Source: a virus
DNA: 64,000 nt
Direction: 5' to 3' (one strand)
IMG/VR virus record: IMGVR_UViG_3300031772_002569
Location: 10,031 to 74,030 of that record
A program made the translations under genes and the position numbers. Position 1 is the stretch's first letter. The number at the start of each line of letters is the position of its first letter. The notes beneath the pieces were generated by a model, which worked only from the letters and a program-made list of their open reading frames with translations, ran no database searches and had not been told where the DNA came from. This document shows, piece after piece, positions 58,881 to 64,000 of the stretch.

Positions 58881-59659
58881 TTAAACTTAGAGATTTAATT
58901 TTGGAAGGAGAGAACGATAGGATACAATCCGAGGTAGAATCCCTACAAAAAAATCTATATCAAAAATATCCAGAATTACAAGACCTACACATCTACATAC
59001 AATCTAATGGAACATTGTTCATTGGTTCAATAAAGGTTAAATTAGAGTCTCGCAGACAAGGAATAGGCAAAAATGTAATCAGAGACATAAAAAAATTTGC
59101 CGACGACCATAATCTAATAATTGTTCTAGCTCCGGAGCCAGAAAGAGGATACAAAAAGAAGTTAGATAGATTTTATAAGGATTTAGGATTCATTCCAAAT
59201 CAAGGAAGACAAAAAAATTATGGATTATCTTCTTTCTTCGGTAAAACAATGTATCGTAAACCCGGAGTAAAGGAAGACATAAATGAAGAAATTCCTGATG
59301 TTTTTTATCATGCTACGTTCAATGAACTGATACCATCAATCAGTAATAAGGGATTGGTTCCAGGAGGCATAGATTATCAAAATTTTGAAGGATGTGAATC
59401 GGGAGTTTATCTGTCTGACGATTACTCTTTTGCGGGAAGTATGATAGAAGGCGGTTCTGAAAATGAAGATATTCCAGATGAATGGTTTGATAATATAGTA
59501 GTAATATTGATTGACCCAAATAAACTAGATTTGACCAAGATGGAAAAAGACCCACATGTAAACATATCCGCCGACGACGAACACATACCTCGTTCTTTTA
59601 TATATAAAGGTATTATACCAACCAGCGCTTTTATAGAAATAGTCGATTTCAGTGGATAA
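58877..59659 (+). CDS. GNAT plus ADP-ribosyltransferase/Tpt1-like fusion with MIKL leader
   Basis: IKV....RRQGIGK...LDRFYKDLGF (GNAT); linker VKEDINEE; FYHAT...SI...GL.P...GVYLS...IYKGIIP (ART fold). Confidence 0.72.
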   Translation: MIKLRDLILEGENDRIQSEVESLQKNLYQKYPELQDLHIYIQSNGTLFIGSIKVKLESRRQGIGKNVIRDIKKFADDHNLIIVLAPEPERGYKKKLDRFYKDLGFIPNQGRQKNYGLSSFFGKTMYRKPGVKEDINEEIPDVFYHATFNELIPSISNKGLVPGGIDYQNFEGCESGVYLSDDYSFAGSMIEGGSENEDIPDEWFDNIVVILIDPNKLDLTKMEKDPHVNISADDEHIPRSFIYKGIIPTSAFIEIVDFSG

Positions 59660-59709
59660 TTTTAAGAATGTATATTGTTACTTTTTAACATAGATATTTA
59701 TATTTATAC

Positions 59710-60177
59710 ATGAGTGATATAGTTTGTCAACGATGGGGATCTACAAAATTTCCCTGGAAGAAAGCTAATTGGAAATGGAGTCAATGTCCATCAATTACGC
59801 CTCCGTTTCCAGGTAAACGTATTTGTCATCGATGGGGTACGACAAACATTAAATGGAAAAACGCCGATTGGAAGTGGTCGGAATGTCAGTTGGTCGTTGA
59901 AGTATTACAGTTTTTAAATACTGGAATAGACGCAACTACGTTAATACCACCGTGGTTAAGACAGCCAGATAGACCGATTGATGATATTCCTCCTTGGGAA
60001 AAAAACAAGGAGAAAAAGAGGCGGCTGATACGACTGATTTGTAAAGTAAAAAACGAAAAGTATGACGAGAGTAAAGAACTAAGAGATGATATCAAAATAA
60101 AAGCAGAAGATATTCAACTCATTATAAAAGCTACTCTAGGAATCGAAATTGATGTAAAAGATAAATTGAAGGAATAA
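59710..60177 (+). CDS. hypothetical protein with duplicated Trp/Cys motif
   Basis: C.RWG.T...WK.A.WKWS.C occurs twice; tandem TATTTATA at 59695-59708. Confidence 0.75.
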   Translation: MSDIVCQRWGSTKFPWKKANWKWSQCPSITPPFPGKRICHRWGTTNIKWKNADWKWSECQLVVEVLQFLNTGIDATTLIPPWLRQPDRPIDDIPPWEKNKEKKRRLIRLICKVKNEKYDESKELRDDIKIKAEDIQLIIKATLGIEIDVKDKLKE

Positions 60178-60178
60178 C

Positions 60179-60757
60179 ATGTATAAATTATACGTAGATA
60201 GAAATGAAAATTTTGAATGTGAAATATCCGCAAAGAACGCGTCATTAAAGAATTCCTTTGCGAGACTCATAGTTGAATCATCGGAAATCAACATGGTATT
60301 TCACGGAAAAATTGAGGGAAATAAATGTGTAGTTCCTGTAAAAAAATTAAATGGGATATTATCCGAAAACACTAAAGGAAAGATGCATCTTGAAGTCGTT
60401 GTGGAAAACACCTATTTCAAACCCTGGGAATCGGAGTATATAGTAGAAGAACATACATCATTAAAAGTTCAAGTTAGAGAACAAGTAGAATTAGATAATA
60501 AACCAATGATAGAAATAAAAGGAGTATCACAAGAATCTAAACCTATTATAAAAAAATCCTCCCAAAGAACTATCTCGACCATAATCGCAAAAGAGATATC
60601 CAATATTTGTGAATTGTTTGGAATAAATTCTATTAATATAAAACGTGAGAAGAGAAACGATTTTAAACAACTCATAAAGGAATATTTTTCAACAAATCCA
60701 GAATATAATAACGATAAAACCAAGATAATTAAAGAGGTATCCCTTTTGTTACAATAA
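60179..60757 (+). CDS. hypothetical (probably structural) protein
   Basis: 192-aa ORF with a beta-rich N-terminal domain (LEVVVENTYFKPW). Confidence 0.75.
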   Translation: MYKLYVDRNENFECEISAKNASLKNSFARLIVESSEINMVFHGKIEGNKCVVPVKKLNGILSENTKGKMHLEVVVENTYFKPWESEYIVEEHTSLKVQVREQVELDNKPMIEIKGVSQESKPIIKKSSQRTISTIIAKEISNICELFGINSINIKREKRNDFKQLIKEYFSTNPEYNNDKTKIIKEVSLLLQ

Positions 60758-60769
60758 GTATGACTTGAT

Positions 60770-62488
60770 ATGCCACAATTCGCATCAAGAGATTTTACAG
60801 ACCAATATATCTCGACCAGTTATCAAGACGTATTACAACAATACATTCCAAATACTGGTTCAGCATATATTCTTGATGGAGTTGGTAATGTAGTTTTTCA
60901 ATTTTCCGCTTCTGCTTTAGGTAGAGATTTAATCACCAGTGATCTTACGGCCTCGATGACGGTTCTATCGTCTTCATACGCAGTCACGGCTTCTTTTGCT
61001 TTAAATGCCGGTGGAGGAAGTGGAACTACTTTATTTACAGGTTCAACCTATCAGATAACAGCTAGTTGGGCGATTAATACTTTAACGTCATCCCTAACAC
61101 TATTAACACAATCGAATGTAGCTATATCAGCATCATGGGCATCACAATCATTTGCTGCCTTTTCGGCCATTAGTAGTAGTTGGGCATCAGCATCAATTTC
61201 TTCATCTTATGCACTAACAGCCTCCTTTGCTTTGAATGCCGGTGGTGGAAGTGGAACTACCTTATCCACAGGGTCAACATATCAGATAACATCATCGTGG
61301 GCAATATCATCTATATTTTCCAATACGAGTAGTTACTCTATATTTGCAGAGATAGCAGGCACATCAAGTTTATCGGCAAATGCCATAACTGCATCATTTG
61401 CATTAAATGGTCCATTTACCACATTATTCACTGCATCCACATATCAGATTACTTCAAGTTGGGCCAACGATTCTTTACGTTCGTTGTCGGCAATATCAGC
61501 ATCTTGGGCATCTTCAAGTATATCATCTTCTTATGCAATCACCGCCTCATTCGTGGATGCATCTGGATTCTCTGCTTTAGTCATCCCTCTTCAATTTACA
61601 TACAAAAATAGTATATCTTCTGCCGACCCAGGTAAAGGTAATTTCCGATACAACAGTTTAACCTCCGGTTCAATAACCGAAATTTACATCGACCAATTTA
61701 CCGGCGGTGGATTAGATGTAAGTGGAATAATTGATTCATTAAGAAGTGGAAGCTATAGATTATACATACAACAAAAAAATGATGCAACTAAAGCGTCTTT
61801 ATTTTCTATTTCCAATGCTGTTGTAGATAACACTGGATGGTTTACAATTCCTGTTGTTCACATCTCATCGGCCGACAATGGATTGCCAATCAATAACTCA
61901 GACTGTGCGTTTTACATCATAAATAGAAATTCAATTGTTGATGGAAATACTTACAATATTACCGCAAGTTGGTCTATAACGTCATCTTATTCGTTATTTG
62001 CCGTATCATCCTCCTATTCCGCTACATCGTCGATAACATTGATAACCCAATCTAATGCAGCGTTATCAGCCTCTTGGGCATCACAATCATTTTATTCAGT
62101 AAGTAGTAGTTGGGCATCATCAAGTCTATCTTCGAGCGTGTCGGTATCTTCGTCATACGCAGTAACATCAAGTTATTTGATTTATCCTAGTAGTTTGGTA
62201 AGTGCAGCCGGTAACGCTACTACATCTTTTATATTACAAACAAGCAGTATAAATAACGGAATTTTTATAAATTACACCATGAATGATGGTGGTAATTTCA
62301 GAGCAGGAAATGTGGTCGTTCTATACAACACAAATTCGGTAAATTTAGCAGAAACAACAACAACAGATATTGGTAACAGCAGTGGATTAACAATACAAGC
62401 AAACATATCCAATACATTCGTTACCGTGTCAGCAGTCAATAATACATCAAACAATTTTAATATAAAATATCATTATGATGTTTTATAA
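60770..62488 (+). CDS. Ser/Ala/Thr-rich repetitive fibre protein
   Basis: Many SSSYA/SASWA/TASFA repeats, a duplicated ASFALNAGGGSGTTL.TGSTYQIT block and globular inserts. Confidence 0.75.
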   Translation: MPQFASRDFTDQYISTSYQDVLQQYIPNTGSAYILDGVGNVVFQFSASALGRDLITSDLTASMTVLSSSYAVTASFALNAGGGSGTTLFTGSTYQITASWAINTLTSSLTLLTQSNVAISASWASQSFAAFSAISSSWASASISSSYALTASFALNAGGGSGTTLSTGSTYQITSSWAISSIFSNTSSYSIFAEIAGTSSLSANAITASFALNGPFTTLFTASTYQITSSWANDSLRSLSAISASWASSSISSSYAITASFVDASGFSALVIPLQFTYKNSISSADPGKGNFRYNSLTSGSITEIYIDQFTGGGLDVSGIIDSLRSGSYRLYIQQKNDATKASLFSISNAVVDNTGWFTIPVVHISSADNGLPINNSDCAFYIINRNSIVDGNTYNITASWSITSSYSLFAVSSSYSATSSITLITQSNAALSASWASQSFYSVSSSWASSSLSSSVSVSSSYAVTSSYLIYPSSLVSAAGNATTSFILQTSSINNGIFINYTMNDGGNFRAGNVVVLYNTNSVNLAETTTTDIGNSSGLTIQANISNTFVTVSAVNNTSNNFNIKYHYDVL

Positions 62489-62514
62489 CAATATTTAAAA
62501 GGAGAACATAGAAT

Positions 62515-63279
62515 ATGGCAAATGAACTAAAAGTAAAAAATGGTTTAATAATCGAGGGCCAAACATTTGGTAATGGGTTTACCGCTTCGGTTGTTGCTGC
62601 AACCGTAGGATTCTTCGGTACGGCCAGTTGGGCAGCCAAAACCGTGTCGGCCTCATTCTCTGATTTCGCAACCACGGCGTCATTTGCATTAAATTTTAAT
62701 CCTAATGCTACAGCCTCTTATGCATTGACCTCTAGTGTATCAGTATCCTCGTCATTTGCAACATCGGCATATACAGCATCCTATTTAACTCCAGGAACAT
62801 ATCAGATAACTTCCTCATGGTCAAATAATTCATTATCGGCAAATGTAGCCACATCCGCATCTTGGGCATCGGCATCAATATTCTCAAATGTAGCTATCTC
62901 CGCTTCATGGGCATCAGCATCAATAAGTTCGTCGTATGCCTACACGTCAAGTTTCTTAAATGGATTTAATTTCGATAATACTTCGTCGGTATTACCACAA
63001 ACATCTTCGTTGTTTTTAGTTGCTCAAAGAGAAACTGCATCTTACTTAGCAGCATTCTGTGATTACGCTGCTAATAGCGGAAGTAATATAAGGGCAGGAA
63101 CAATATTTGGAGCATGGATAAACAATACCGCATCATACGCAGAATATACAACCGTAGATGTCGGAGATACATCACAAGTAACCATGTCTCTAAGGGTAAC
63201 ACAATCAATGTTTCAACTCTTATCAACAGTATCAACCACGTCACCCTGGACAATAAGAACCACAATAAGATATATCTAA
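62515..63279 (+). CDS. Ser/Ala-rich fibre protein
   Basis: MANELKVKNGL N-terminus, ASWA repeats; C-terminal domain (N.RAG...T.D.G.TS) resembles that of the upstream fibre. Confidence 0.75.
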   Translation: MANELKVKNGLIIEGQTFGNGFTASVVAATVGFFGTASWAAKTVSASFSDFATTASFALNFNPNATASYALTSSVSVSSSFATSAYTASYLTPGTYQITSSWSNNSLSANVATSASWASASIFSNVAISASWASASISSSYAYTSSFLNGFNFDNTSSVLPQTSSLFLVAQRETASYLAAFCDYAANSGSNIRAGTIFGAWINNTASYAEYTTVDVGDTSQVTMSLRVTQSMFQLLSTVSTTSPWTIRTTIRYI

Positions 63280-63320
63280 TAAAATAGATATAAATTCTGG
63301 AAAATGAAAGAATTTATAGT

Positions 63321-64000
63321 ATGGCATTCGAATTTGTAGCAAAAAATGGTTTAATAGTAAAAGGTGGTTCAGAGTTATCAGGTTCTCTTAACAATGGTCT
63401 ATCAAGTTTAACTACTGGTGTATATTCTCACGCAGAAGGATTAAATACTACAGCATCAGGAGATTTTTCTCATGCGGAAGGACGTTCTACTATAGCTAAT
63501 GGTGGTGCCCATTCTGAAGGTTTGGAAACAACAGCCGGCGGACTCTCTTGTCACTCGGAAGGTAGAGGAACATTAGCCAACGGCCTTTATTCTCACGCGG
63601 AAGGACAAATGACAGTTGCTGGAACGTCTATTCCTGGTGAAGGTTTAGGTCAACACTCAGAAGGATTTAATACTACAGCATCAGGAAACTATTCTCACGC
63701 AGAAGGACACTCATGTACAGCATCAGGAAGTTATTCTCACGTCGAAGGTTCATTCAATGTAGCATCAGGAGTGTCCTCACACGCAGAAGGATTAAATACT
63801 ACAGCATCAGGAGATTATTCTCACGCTGAAGGAAGTTCTACTATAGCTAATGGTAGTGCCCATTCAGAAGGATTTAATACTACAGCATCAGGAAGCTATT
63901 CTCACGCCGAGGGTTATTACTGTATTTCAAAAGGCCTTTATTCTCACGCGGAAGGACAAGTGTGTGTAGCCGAAGGAATATCCAGTCACGCCGAAGGTAG
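63321..64000 (+). CDS. fibre/adhesin with SHAEG repeats (YadA-head-like); truncated by window end
   Basis: Read manually from ATG 63321 (MAFEFVAKNGLIV...). About 14-aa repeats such as YSHAEGLNTTASG, open to the window end; absent from the ORF track because it has no stop. Confidence 0.85.
   Translation, partial: MAFEFVAKNGLIVKGGSELSGSLNNGLSSLTTGVYSHAEGLNTTASGDFSHAEGRSTIANGGAHSEGLETTAGGLSCHSEGRGTLANGLYSHAEGQMTVAGTSIPGEGLGQHSEGFNTTASGNYSHAEGHSCTASGSYSHVEGSFNVASGVSSHAEGLNTTASGDYSHAEGSSTIANGSAHSEGFNTTASGSYSHAEGYYCISKGLYSHAEGQVCVAEGISSHAEG

Noticed and set aside
1-64000. Alternative genetic code (stop-codon reassignment)
   Set aside because: Core genes are full length in the standard code, and TAA, TGA and TAG (e.g. 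tube gene at 37387) all act as stops
1-64000. tRNA or rRNA genes
   Set aside because: No cloverleaf or T-loop signature seen in the short intergenic gaps by eye; a tRNAscan-SE run would be needed to exclude them fully
60770-64000. Diversity-generating retroelement acting on the fibres
   Set aside because: No reverse transcriptase, and the duplicated blocks are in-frame coding repeats rather than an adenine-specific TR/VR pair

Overview
A 64-kb AT-rich segment of a large T4-like (myovirus, probably jumbo-class) phage genome, read in the standard genetic code. It has five parts, left to right. (1) An NDP-sugar and methyltransferase cluster, plus three Mom/DUF4338-type putative DNA-modification genes. 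(2) A replication and nucleotide module: dNMP kinase, gp62-like clamp-loader subunit, MoxR/vWA pair, class II RNR, helicase, 5' exonuclease, RecA/UvsX, SSB and an unusually short family A polymerase. (3) A contractile-tail module (baseplate, tape measure, chaperone with a candidate +1 frameshift, tube, sheath, neck). An accessory island with a 7-bp tandem repeat separates tube from sheath. (4) A + strand array of enzyme genes: CCA-adding enzyme, two 2H phosphoesterases, lysozyme, GNATs and an ART/Tpt1-like domain. (5) Ser-rich fibre genes. The most striking signal is in part 4. Six otherwise unrelated proteins share an exactly 10-residue N-terminal leader, M-I-K-L-x-x-[LI]-[LIV]-x-E. This matches the length and the [LI]-x-E cleavage consensus of the T4 internal-protein capsid-targeting sequence. 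Related leaders and internal [LIV]-x-E linkers occur in about ten more proteins, some of which look like polyproteins. I infer a virion-packaged, protease-processed payload of RNA-repair and anti-defence enzymes. All calls come from motif recognition by eye; no searches were run.
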